From assembly GCA_963761305.1 (NCBI GenBank), contig CAVXGK010000002.1, forward strand, positions 1,792,001 through 1,856,000: 64,000 nucleotides of DNA, given 5' to 3'. Position 1 is the first letter of the stretch. The number at the start of each line of letters is the position of its first letter. Shown in pieces: positions 1 through 11,158 of this stretch. This DNA is from an uncultured Gemmatimonadaceae bacterium. GTDB lineage: Bacteria; Gemmatimonadota; Gemmatimonadetes; Gemmatimonadales; Gemmatimonadaceae. A program made the translations under genes and the position numbers. A model generated the notes under the pieces. That model saw nothing but the letters and a program-made list of their open reading frames with translations, did no database searches and had not been told where the DNA came from.

Positions 1-1253
1 ATCGGGAAGAAGCCGGCGACCAGAGCCGCCACGATGCCCGTCACGATGGTCGTGACGTAGGGCGTCTGGAACTTCGGATGCACTTTGCCGAACACGGCCG
101 GCAACAGGCCGTCGCGGCTCATCGAGAAGAAGATGCGCGGCTGGCCCATGAGCATCACGAGCACGACCGAAGCGAGGCCGAGGATGGCGCCGATGTTGAT
201 GAAGTACGTCAGCCACTTGAGCGCGGGGCCGGCGGCGGCGATCGCGACGTACACTGGCTGCGGCACGTTCAAGTTCTTGTAGCTGGTCAGGCCGGTCATG
301 ACCAACGCCATCAGGATGTAGAGGACCGTGCAGATCGCCAGCGATGAGAGAATGCCGATCGGCATGTCTTTCTGCGGATTGCGCGCTTCCTGTGCCGCGG
401 TCGATACCGCGTCGAATCCTATGTACGCAAAGAACACCACCGCCGCGCCGCGAATGATGCCACTGAAGCCGAAGTGGCCAAACTCGCCGGTGTTCGCCGG
501 AATGAACGGATGCCAGTTGGCCGAGTTCACATAGACGAACCCGAATCCGATCACGAGGATCACGATCGCGACCTTGATGAACACGATCACGTTGTTGAAG
601 CTCGCCGACTCCTTGATCCCGATCACCAGCAGGGTCGACATCATCCCGACGAGCAGGATCGCCGGAAGATTGATGATCCCCGGCTGAAGGACCGAGCCCG
701 CGGCGCAGGCTCCGTTCGCGGCCGCCGTCGCGGCGCCGGCTGGGTCGATGCACATCAGATTTCGCACGAGCGTGTGCGTACCGACGACGCCCAGCGGAGC
801 CTGGGTCCACGCGGCGGAGACGTGAATCCCGAGGTTGTCGCGCAAGAACGCGACGAGGTAACCGGACCAACCCACTGCGACCGTCGCCGCGCCGAACAGG
901 TATTCGAGGATCAAGTCCCACCCGATGATCCAGGCGACGAACTCGCCGAGCGTCGCGTACCCATATGTGTACGCGCTGCCGGCAATCGGAATCATCGACG
1001 CGAATTCGGCGTAGCAGAGACCGGCGAACAGACACCCCAATCCGGCGACGACGAACGACAGCACGATCGCGGGACCAGCGGTTTGCGCCGCCGCCGTGCC
1101 GGTCAGCACGAAGATGCCGGCGCCGATGATCGCACCGATGCCCAGCATCGTGAGGTTGAGAGCACCAAGCGCTCGCTTGAGCGTGACCTCCTGCCCTTCG
1201 GAGGCGGCCTCGGTCTGCAGCAGGCTGATGCTCTTCGTTGACCACAAGCCCAT
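1..1253 (-). CDS. APC-family amino acid permease (3' end truncated by window edge)
   Basis: Manual translation from ATG 1253: MGLWSTKSISLLQ...LKRALGALNLTMLGIGAIIGAGIFVLTG...GPAIVLSF...YAEFASMIPIAGSAYTYGY, typical of cationic amino acid/APC permeases; GGGAG RBS upstream. Confidence 0.93.
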   Translation of the reverse strand, partial: MGLWSTKSISLLQTEAASEGQEVTLKRALGALNLTMLGIGAIIGAGIFVLTGTAAAQTAGPAIVLSFVVAGLGCLFAGLCYAEFASMIPIAGSAYTYGYATLGEFVAWIIGWDLILEYLFGAATVAVGWSGYLVAFLRDNLGIHVSAAWTQAPLGVVGTHTLVRNLMCIDPAGAATAAANGACAAGSVLQPGIINLPAILLVGMMSTLLVIGIKESASFNNVIVFIKVAIVILVIGFGFVYVNSANWHPFIPANTGEFGHFGFSGIIRGAAVVFFAYIGFDAVSTAAQEARNPQKDMPIGILSSLAICTVLYILMALVMTGLTSYKNLNVPQPVYVAIAAAGPALKWLTYFINIGAILGLASVVLVMLMGQPRIFFSMSRDGLLPAVFGKVHPKFQTPYVTTIVTGIVAALVAGFFP

Positions 1254-1289
1254 TGAAGGTCTCCCGGGTCTGACCTACGGATCTGACAT

Positions 1290-1319
1290 AAAAGAGGCGG
1301 CACTGAAATCCGCGCCGCC
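1290..1319 (-). terminator. Intrinsic terminator in the permease 5' leader
   Basis: Minus strand GGCGGCGC-ggatttca-GTGCCGCC-TCTTTT: hairpin plus U tract. Confidence 0.7.
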
Positions 1320-1399
1320 AGCGAGCGAATATCCGTCGAGCTTGCTCAGCGCCGAGGTGGGGTGGCGCCGAGACCTACTGTATACCATTGGCTGCGCGC

Positions 1400-1428
1400 A
1401 ACTTGCCCCACATTAGAAACGTTGTCAA
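1400..1428 (-). promoter_or_regulatory. sigma70-like promoter upstream of the permease
   Basis: Minus strand TTGACA (1428-1423), 17-nt spacer, CAAGTT (1405-1400). Confidence 0.55.
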
Positions 1429-1529
1429 GGAAACGAGTTCGATCCTGACACGCCTCTGACTTGCGCGCACTTCCCGCGTCCACGCTCAAGGCTTCGACGG
1501 AAGAACCCGCTCCGAGCGTCCGTCGTTCG

Positions 1530-3596
<2,067 letters not shown>

Positions 3597-3600
<4 letters not shown>

Positions 3601-3995
3601 AGCTTTTCTCCCGACCCACCGGGGTCCTTCGTGTCACGCGCGGGCGATGAGGCGGACTCCGTCGTCGACGCCGGCGGGCCCGGTGCGTTCGTCGGGCGAG
3701 TCGGGCTCACCAGCTCGCTCGCCATCGACTTGCCCGTTTCAACTGCGCTGTTGAGCACGTTCGCCGCGCGGTTCATGAAGCCGACCGTCTCGGCGATCGC
3801 CGTCGCGGAAACGCGCCCGGCGCGGAGCTGGTCTTCGATCGCTTCCGTGAACCGCGTGAACGTGCTGGCGTTCGGCGACGCGCGCTGGGCGTACTTCGAC
3901 TCCATGAACTCGACGTAGTCGAGAACCTGGTATCCGCGCTCGTCGGACAGCGTTTCGAGTTTTCTGAGGATTCGGTCGCGCAGGTGCTCGTTCAT
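3597..3995 (-). CDS. Hypothetical protein
   Basis: 132-aa ORF with GAGA RBS-like sequence; overlaps the next gene by 4 nt; helical N-terminus (RILRKLETLSDERGYQVLDYVEF). Confidence 0.8.
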
Positions 3996-4038
3996 GGTCT
4001 CTCAAATCGGGCGCCGCGCGGGACGAACGTCAACCCCG

Positions 4039-5091
4039 TCAGCCTCTCCAGCGACTGCGGGTGCCGCGAGCGTCGATGTGCACGTACGGCGTGTTGTACC
4101 GCCCGCTGGTGTAGAGGCCGAGGCCGCCCACCAGGTCCGGGTGCTCCGCTTCGACTTCGTCGACGGCGCGCTCGACGAGGATTTCGTCGCGCACGGTGAT
4201 GCGCCCGTCGCCATCGGCGTCGATTGCAAGATCCGCGGCATCGCCGTACTCGTGCCGGCTGTCGGTCGCCGCCCGCCACACCCCGTTGTTGTGCGCCGGC
4301 GTGCGATAGCCGCTGTGCACGTCGAACGCGACGTCGGCCGGCTCGTCGTCCGAGCCGTCGGTGTTCGCCGACGACATGCGCGCGCGGGAACCGAGCTTCG
4401 CCAGCACCAACTCGAGCTTGTCGAGGAGCCGCGGGTTCAGCGCGACGTACTTCGGCCATACGCTGTCCTGCTGGTCGTGCGTGATGAAATCGCCGAGCCG
4501 CAGGTGTTCGCTCACCTTGAGATCCAAATCGTGGGGACCGACCTCGACGAACCCCGCGGGATGATCGTGCTGCGCGAGGCGCTCGGCGACGTAGGTGCCG
4601 ATCCGGTAGCCGTTGAGGACGCTGCCGACTTTGTGCGAGAACGGCACGAGCACGACGAGCGTCGGCTCGGGCAGAATTTGGCGCGACGCGCCGCGCTCGA
4701 TGGCGAGGTGATAGAACCCCGGATGCTGCGGCGCCGCGAAAGCCGCGCCGCTGAGCGGCAGGGGCAGATCCTCACCGACGGAGTCGCGATCGCGAATCCA
4801 TTCGTACGACAGCGACTCGATGTCGCCGCCCACCTGCACCGGAAATTCCACGCGTTGTCCAGGGAGGGCGATGCGCACTCGGACTTCGTGGCTGGCTCCG
4901 AACGCATTGAGGGAGGGCCCGGCCGTTACGCCTTCGCCCTCCCCCGCGATTGCCGCGAACGGCGCAGTCGGCGCCGGCGTCGGCTGATAGAACCCAGCCA
5001 CCCCCAGCCCGGCGACGATGATGACCGCGAATGCGCCCGCGCGCGAGCGATCGATGCTCGTGGCGAGCCAGCCGCCGCGGCCGAGTCTCAT
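4039..5091 (-). CDS. Peptidase M15A-like (D-Ala-D-Ala carboxypeptidase/YcbK-like) secreted metallopeptidase
   Basis: SGYRTPAHN, SRHEYGDAAD (HxxxxxxD), YVHIDARG; N-terminal hydrophobic segment. Confidence 0.88.
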   Translation of the reverse strand: MRLGRGGWLATSIDRSRAGAFAVIIVAGLGVAGFYQPTPAPTAPFAAIAGEGEGVTAGPSLNAFGASHEVRVRIALPGQRVEFPVQVGGDIESLSYEWIRDRDSVGEDLPLPLSGAAFAAPQHPGFYHLAIERGASRQILPEPTLVVLVPFSHKVGSVLNGYRIGTYVAERLAQHDHPAGFVEVGPHDLDLKVSEHLRLGDFITHDQQDSVWPKYVALNPRLLDKLELVLAKLGSRARMSSANTDGSDDEPADVAFDVHSGYRTPAHNNGVWRAATDSRHEYGDAADLAIDADGDGRITVRDEILVERAVDEVEAEHPDLVGGLGLYTSGRYNTPYVHIDARGTRSRWRG

Positions 5092-6050
5092 TTCATGCCC
5101 CAGTGCGCGGAGAATCCCCGCACGTCGATGTGACAGAAGGGACCGTGACCGGACGTCGCGGCGTACACGCCCTCGCCGCCGACGAGCTCGGGATGCTCGC
5201 TCCCGACGCGCTCAGCCGCGTCGGCAATGATTTTCGAGTCCTTCCAATTCACCTTGCCGTCGTGATTCAGGTCGGACATGCGGCCCGACCCGTCGTTGTC
5301 GACGAATACGTCGGACGCGTCGCCATACATGTGGCGGCTCTGCTCCGCGCGGCCGCCGGTGCTGCCGCCGTTGGCGTTGTACCAGGGCGTCCGGAACCCG
5401 CTCATGACGGTCATGTGCTTCACCGGCACTCCTTCCTTCTGCAGTTCCTGCCACACAAGCTCGAGCTTGTCCACGAGCTTGTCGTTGAGCACCAGGTACT
5501 TCGGCCAGACGTTGGGTTGGTCGTGCGTGAGAAAGTCGCCGAGCGTGAAGTGGGCGGACACCTGGGTGTTCACGTTGGCTTGCGTGACTTCGATGAAGCC
5601 ATTCGGATTCGCGTACGCGGGCGACTTGACGGCGTGTTTCTCGGCCGGCCAGAAGCCGAGGCGGTACGCGCCGAGGGTCGAGCCGTGCTTCTCGGCGAAC
5701 GGATGCATCGTGATGAACGCAAATGGACGCGTGAGCGGTGCGACCGGATACATGCCCGGCTTGCTGAGGCTCGCGTCGCCGAACATCGAGGCGAACGCGG
5801 GCACCGCGGGCGTCTGTACGGCCGGCGAGACGAAGCGCGCGAAGAGCTGGCCGCTGATTCCACGGAGCGCGTCGGCGAAACGAGCGATCGGGCTCTTCGC
5901 GCCGGCGGCCTGGACGGAGTCGCCGCGCGTCGCCACCGCAACGGTGGCGGGACGTGCGTCAACGCGGTGAGGCGCCGCTGCAGCGAAGAACAAGCTCAGC
6001 ATGGCGCCCAGCGCATTAACCGTCGCGACAGAGCGAATTCGTTTCGACAT
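5088..6050 (-). CDS. Peptidase M15A-like secreted metallopeptidase (paralog of 4039-5091)
   Basis: SGFRTPWYN, SRHMYGDASD, FCHIDVRG; signal peptide; ATGA coupling to the next gene. Confidence 0.88.
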   Translation of the reverse strand: MSKRIRSVATVNALGAMLSLFFAAAAPHRVDARPATVAVATRGDSVQAAGAKSPIARFADALRGISGQLFARFVSPAVQTPAVPAFASMFGDASLSKPGMYPVAPLTRPFAFITMHPFAEKHGSTLGAYRLGFWPAEKHAVKSPAYANPNGFIEVTQANVNTQVSAHFTLGDFLTHDQPNVWPKYLVLNDKLVDKLELVWQELQKEGVPVKHMTVMSGFRTPWYNANGGSTGGRAEQSRHMYGDASDVFVDNDGSGRMSDLNHDGKVNWKDSKIIADAAERVGSEHPELVGGEGVYAATSGHGPFCHIDVRGFSAHWGMK

Positions 6051-6248
6051 CGGCGAATTTTTGGCTGACCCGGGCGTGGTAGGAAACGCACCGCGAGCTT
6101 CAAGCGGCCCGGGCCATCATGAGCGGCGGACAACAAATGCAACAATAGGTGGCCGGAAGTCAACCCATTTGGAATCATTTCGTTCCGCGGAGGAGTCCGC
6201 GTGCAATAGATTTCCGGCTCCTCTTACCACTGCCTTTCGATTTGAACC

Positions 6249-7808
6249 GTGCCCAGCCGTAAGAACCCCCCGCCGGTGGCGCTGATCGTCCTCGACGGAT
6301 GGGGCTATCGTCGCGAGCGCGAGGGGAACGCAATCGCCCTCGCCAACACCCCGACCTGGAGCGCGCTTGTCGAGCGGTATCCGACCACGCTGCTCGAGGC
6401 ATCGGGGCGCGCCGTCGGCCTGCCCTCGGGCCAGATGGGCAACAGCGAGGTGGGCCATCTGAACCTCGGCGCCGGCCGGGTCGTGATGCAGGACCTCGTC
6501 CGCATCGGCGAGTCGATCCGCGACGGCTCGTTCTTCGAAGATCGGGCGTTCGTCGACGCGTGCGACTGCGCCGTCCGCGCGAACGGCACGGTCCACTTGA
6601 TGGGGCTCGTCGGAACCGGAGGCGTGCACGCGCTCTCCGCGCACCTCGTCGCGCTGGTCGATCTCTGCGCACGACGCGGCGTCCCGCGTGTGGCGATTCA
6701 CGCACTCCTCGACGGCCGCGACACGATGCCCCGCTCGTCCCTCGGCTTCATGCGCGATCTGCTCGCCACGGTGGACGGGCGGGCATCCGTCGCGAGCGTG
6801 GGCGGCCGCTACTTCGGCATGGATCGCGACAAGCGGTGGGACCGCATCGAGAAGTGGTACCGGGTCGCGGTCGACGGCGTCGGGCCGACCGGAGCCGATC
6901 CGCTGCGAGTGATCGCCGACGCGTACGAGCGAAACGAGAGCGACGAATTCATCATCCCCACGGTGATCGTCGGAAGCGACGGCCAACCCGTGGCGCCGAT
7001 GCGCGACGGCGATTCGGTCATCTGCTTCAACTTCCGCGCGGACCGCATGCGGCAGATGGTGCGCGCACTGGCCGACCCGTCGTTCGACGGGTTCGACGTC
7101 ACGGGCCGTCCACGCCTGCACGTCGCGACGATGACATCGTACGACCGGGCGTTCGACGTGCCGGTCGCCTTTCCGCCGCAGTCGATGGCGAACATCGTCG
7201 GCGAAGTGGTGTCCAAAGCCGGCATGCGAATGTTCCGTACGGCCGAGACCGAGAAGTACGCGCACGTGACCTACTTCTTCAACGGCGGCATCGAGACGCC
7301 GTTTCCGTGCGAGGACCGGCTCCTCGTTCCGAGTCAGAAGGTGGCGACGTACGATTTGATGCCCGAGATGAGCGCGCCCGGCGTGACCGACGTACTCTGC
7401 AATGCGATCGAAAAACGCGAACATGAGTTCATTCTTTGCAACTACGCGAACGGCGACATGGTGGGACACACCGGCTCGCTCCCGGCGACCATCGAGGCCG
7501 TCGAGACCGTCGACACGTGTCTCGCCCGCGTGCTCGAATCAGCCGAGCGAAGCGGCACGCGCCTTCTCGTCACCGCCGATCACGGCAACTGTGAGCTCAT
7601 GATCGATCCTGAAACCGGCGGGCCGCACACGGCCCACACCACCAGCCCAGTGCCGTTCATCATCGTCGACGACGAACGACAATCGCTTCCCCTCCGTTCG
7701 GGCGGCGCACTGTGCGACGTCGGACCCACGTTGCTCGCGCTGCTCGGGCTCGAACAACCGTCGGAAATGACCGGCGTCGATCTGCGCCAGGGAGCGCACG
7801 CGCAATGA
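6249..7808 (+). CDS. gpmI: 2,3-bisphosphoglycerate-independent phosphoglycerate mutase
   Basis: LIVLDGWG, GQMGNSEVGH, MDRDKRW, AETEKYAHVT, DMVGHTG, ADHGN, HTAHT. Confidence 0.98.
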   Translation: MPSRKNPPPVALIVLDGWGYRREREGNAIALANTPTWSALVERYPTTLLEASGRAVGLPSGQMGNSEVGHLNLGAGRVVMQDLVRIGESIRDGSFFEDRAFVDACDCAVRANGTVHLMGLVGTGGVHALSAHLVALVDLCARRGVPRVAIHALLDGRDTMPRSSLGFMRDLLATVDGRASVASVGGRYFGMDRDKRWDRIEKWYRVAVDGVGPTGADPLRVIADAYERNESDEFIIPTVIVGSDGQPVAPMRDGDSVICFNFRADRMRQMVRALADPSFDGFDVTGRPRLHVATMTSYDRAFDVPVAFPPQSMANIVGEVVSKAGMRMFRTAETEKYAHVTYFFNGGIETPFPCEDRLLVPSQKVATYDLMPEMSAPGVTDVLCNAIEKREHEFILCNYANGDMVGHTGSLPATIEAVETVDTCLARVLESAERSGTRLLVTADHGNCELMIDPETGGPHTAHTTSPVPFIIVDDERQSLPLRSGGALCDVGPTLLALLGLEQPSEMTGVDLRQGAHAQ

Positions 7809-8518
7809 ACCGTCTCCGAACGACATTCACGTTGCTGGCATCGATCGCCGCGATCGCGATCGGCGCGGGACAACTCGCGGCCCAGGGCACGCAGGTCGGC
7901 TATCCACCCGCGAAGAGCCCCTACGTCGACCTGCCGTTCTCGCAGGAATTCACGCTCCTCGGAGGACAGTACTTCGCGCACCGCGACATCGCCGACGTCG
8001 GTCCGCAGAGCGGAATGCTCACCGGCGTTCACTACGAGTGGCGCGCCGGCGGACCGGCACACCTCACCGGCGAGTTCGCGTACATCTCGAGCGACCGCCG
8101 GTTGATCAATCCACTCAAATCAGAGCCTGGCCGCGAGCTTGGCCAGACCGCTCGTCCGCTCTACACAGCCGACGTCGGACTCGGTCTGAGTCTCACCGGC
8201 GAAAAGAGCTGGCACCGGCTCGTGCCGGAGGTCGGCGGCGGTGTCGGCTTGATCTCGGATCTACGCTCGCAGCCCGATTCCGGGGGATTTCTCTTCGGGA
8301 CGCGATTCGCGTTCAACGTCAGTGCGGGCGTTCGCTACCTGGCCGGCGGAAAGTGGCAGATCCGTGCCGACATCAAGGATCGCCTCTACACCATCTCGTA
8401 TCCGCAGACGTTCTTCACCGCGCCGACCGGTGGGACGGCGGTGGTGACCGCGGACGCGGCGAAGTCGTACTGGCTGAACAATCCGGCGCTCACGCTGGGT
8501 CTGTCGTACCTGTTCTGA
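7805..8518 (+). CDS. Outer-membrane beta-barrel protein
   Basis: ATGA overlap with gpmI; signal peptide; alternating beta strands; C-terminal LTLGLSYLF beta-signal. Confidence 0.75.
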   Translation: MNRLRTTFTLLASIAAIAIGAGQLAAQGTQVGYPPAKSPYVDLPFSQEFTLLGGQYFAHRDIADVGPQSGMLTGVHYEWRAGGPAHLTGEFAYISSDRRLINPLKSEPGRELGQTARPLYTADVGLGLSLTGEKSWHRLVPEVGGGVGLISDLRSQPDSGGFLFGTRFAFNVSAGVRYLAGGKWQIRADIKDRLYTISYPQTFFTAPTGGTAVVTADAAKSYWLNNPALTLGLSYLF

Positions 8519-8535
8519 CCGGCGCAGCTTCACGC

Positions 8536-8952
8536 GTGCCGACTTTTCTCACCCGCCGCGTCACGTTCGCCGCCGCGCACCGCTATCGGCGTCCCGACTG
8601 GTCTGACGAGGAAAACGCGCGCGTGTTCGGCTTGTGCGCGCGCGAGAACTATCACGGCCACAGCTACGTGTGCGAGGTCACCGTGACCGGCGGCGTGAAT
8701 CCGGAGACGGGGATGCTGATCGATCTCGCGCTGCTCGACCGCGTGCTCGACGCCGAGGTGCGCACGCGCTTCGACCACCGCAACGTGAATCTCGACGTTC
8801 CGGAGTTCGCGGACGGCAAACGCATCCCGACCGGCGAGGAGCTCGCGCGCTTCATCCACGAGCGCGTGCAGTCCGCGCTCGACCCGGTTCGCGTCGTCGA
8901 GGTGTCGATCGCCGAAGATCGGACGCTGCGCGCGAGCTATCGCCCCGACTAG
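8536..8952 (+). CDS. 6-pyruvoyl-tetrahydropterin synthase / QueD family (CX5HGH type)
   Basis: FAAAHR, CARENYHGHSY, GMLIDL, FDHRNVN, PTGEELA; GTG start 8536. Confidence 0.92.
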   Translation: MPTFLTRRVTFAAAHRYRRPDWSDEENARVFGLCARENYHGHSYVCEVTVTGGVNPETGMLIDLALLDRVLDAEVRTRFDHRNVNLDVPEFADGKRIPTGEELARFIHERVQSALDPVRVVEVSIAEDRTLRASYRPD

Positions 8953-8953
8953 C

Positions 8954-9562
8954 GTGGCACACGTGACGGGCGCGATCGTCGCCGGCGGGGCCAGCGAGCG
9001 ATTCGGCGGCGAACCGAAGGGACTGCGACTGGTCGGCGGCGTACGCATCCTCGACCGCGTCGCGTCCGCGCTGCGCACCGTGACGTCCGACCTCGTCATG
9101 ATCGCCAACGCGCCGGACGCTGAGCGATGGCTCGCGGGCGTTCCCGTCCGCCGAGACACGCGTCGCGAGCGCGGGAGCGTCGTCGGCATTCACACCGCCA
9201 TCTTGGACGCAGCGGCCGGAGATGTCGTGCTCGTGGTCGCGTGGGATATGCCGTTCGTGAGCGCTGATCTGCTGGCCTTTCTCGTGGCACGCGCGCGCGA
9301 GGCCGGGACCGCCGTGATCCCTGACGGACCGAGCGGCCCAGAACCGTTTTGCGCCGCGTACACGCCCGAGTGCCTTCCCGACATCGAGCGCGCGATCGAC
9401 CGCGGCGAGTTCCGAATGTCGAGCGTCGTGGCCGGCTTGGCGAACGCGAGCCGGGTGAGCGTCGCCGAGGTGAGCCGCTTCGGCGATCCGTCGCGCTTGT
9501 TTTTCAACGTGAACAGCGTGGCGGATCTCGAGAAGGCGGAACGCATGCTGGCCGCCGTGTGA
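8954..9562 (+). CDS. mobA: Molybdenum cofactor guanylyltransferase
   Basis: GAIVAGGASERFGGEPKG, VAWDMPF, EPFCAAY, FFNVNS. Confidence 0.92.
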   Translation: MAHVTGAIVAGGASERFGGEPKGLRLVGGVRILDRVASALRTVTSDLVMIANAPDAERWLAGVPVRRDTRRERGSVVGIHTAILDAAAGDVVLVVAWDMPFVSADLLAFLVARAREAGTAVIPDGPSGPEPFCAAYTPECLPDIERAIDRGEFRMSSVVAGLANASRVSVAEVSRFGDPSRLFFNVNSVADLEKAERMLAAV

Positions 9563-9657
9563 TTCCAGACGACGTGCGGCGCCTCGCCGTCCGCCGGCGC
9601 GACCGCATATTCTTCAACGGTTCTTCCCGCCGACCCTCGCTCGCCGGAGCCTCCGCG

Positions 9658-11151
9658 TTGACGTCATTCGTTCCCCGTTCCCGGGCCGCCGCGCTTGCCG
9701 CCGCGCTTGCCGTGACCGCCGCCTGTCGCGGACCGGTGGCGAGCGTCGCTCCGGCGTCGATCAGCTTCGGGCGCGACCCGGCGCTCCGCGCCTTCGTCGA
9801 CTCGCTCACCGACACGCCGGAGTTCTCGAACGCGCATTGGGGAATTCTGATCGTCGATCCGGCGTCCGGCGACACGCTCTATTCGCGGAACGCCGGCAAG
9901 CTGTTCATGCCGGCCTCGAACATGAAGATCCTGACGAGCGCCACCGCGCTCACGCAGCTCGGCCCGGAGTATCGCTATCGCACGTCGTTCCTGGCGCGCG
10001 GCACCGTCGCCGATGGCACGCTCAACGGCGATCTACTGGTGATCGGGCGCGGCGACCCGTCGGTGAGCGACCACATGCTGCACGACGCGATGCTCCCGCT
10101 CCACGCCATCGCCGATTCGATCGCGGCGCGCGGCATCCGGCACGTGACCGGCCGCGTGCTGCCGGTCGGCGACGCGTTTCCCGGCGAAGTCTTCGGCTTC
10201 GGGTGGACCTACGACGATTTCGAGGACTCCTACTCGGCGCCGGTCGACGAGCTTCTGTTCAATGAAGGATTCAGCGAGCTGCACGTCCGCGGCGGCGACG
10301 CGCCGGGCGCGCCGGTCCGCGTGGACGTCGGACCGGCGCGCTCGTTCCCCCGCGTGAGAAACCTTGCGACGACGGTCGCGGCGTCGGGCGACAGCGCCCG
10401 TCGTCGCGCAAACACGCTTCGCGTGAGAAAAGACAGCACCACCTGGGACGTGATCCTCGAGGGTCAGCTCGCCGTACGCGACACGACGACGATCGAAGTG
10501 ACGCACCACGACCCCGACGCCGCATACGTGGCGGCCGTGCGCGAGGCGCTGTCCGACAAGGGCATCACCGTCGACGGCGGCTGGACCGACAGCACCGCGT
10601 CGGCCGACACGCTCACCACGCTCACGTCCCCCCCGCTCAGCGAGATCCTCAAGGCGCTCATGAAGCCGTCGCAGAATCAGATCGCCGAGATGTTGTTCCG
10701 CACCATCGCGATCGGAAAGCCGGCCGACAGCGCCCGCGTGGCCGTCGGCCGGCAGATCGCCACCTGGGGTGTCGCGGTGCCGTCGGAAGCGGTGATTCGC
10801 GACGGCAGCGGCTTGGCGCGCTACGACTACATCTCGCCGCGAACCGTCGTGCGGATTCTCGACGCGATGCGAACATCGCCCAACTTCCAGGTGTTCTACG
10901 ACGCGCTGCCGATCGGCGGCGTCGACGGCACGATTCGAAATCGCATGAAAGGCACGCCCGCCGAAGGCAACGTCCACGCGAAGACCGGCTCCGTCGCGCA
11001 GTCGCGATCGTTGTCCGGCTACGTGACGACGGCCGATCAACACATGCTCATCTTCAGCTTCCTGTCCAACAACTGGACCGTGCCCGTGCGCTCGGTCGAG
11101 CACGTGCAGGACGCGATTGCCGCGCGCCTCGCCGGCATGCGCCTCCACTAG
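9658..11151 (+). CDS. dacB: D-alanyl-D-alanine carboxypeptidase/endopeptidase PBP4 (S13), probable lipoprotein
   Basis: PASNMK (SxxK), SQN, HAKTGS, DGSGL; lipobox-like AVTAAC; start uncertain (TTG 9658 or GTG 9559). Confidence 0.92.
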   Translation: MTSFVPRSRAAALAAALAVTAACRGPVASVAPASISFGRDPALRAFVDSLTDTPEFSNAHWGILIVDPASGDTLYSRNAGKLFMPASNMKILTSATALTQLGPEYRYRTSFLARGTVADGTLNGDLLVIGRGDPSVSDHMLHDAMLPLHAIADSIAARGIRHVTGRVLPVGDAFPGEVFGFGWTYDDFEDSYSAPVDELLFNEGFSELHVRGGDAPGAPVRVDVGPARSFPRVRNLATTVAASGDSARRRANTLRVRKDSTTWDVILEGQLAVRDTTTIEVTHHDPDAAYVAAVREALSDKGITVDGGWTDSTASADTLTTLTSPPLSEILKALMKPSQNQIAEMLFRTIAIGKPADSARVAVGRQIATWGVAVPSEAVIRDGSGLARYDYISPRTVVRILDAMRTSPNFQVFYDALPIGGVDGTIRNRMKGTPAEGNVHAKTGSVAQSRSLSGYVTTADQHMLIFSFLSNNWTVPVRSVEHVQDAIAARLAGMRLH

Positions 11152-11158
11152 GCGTCTC

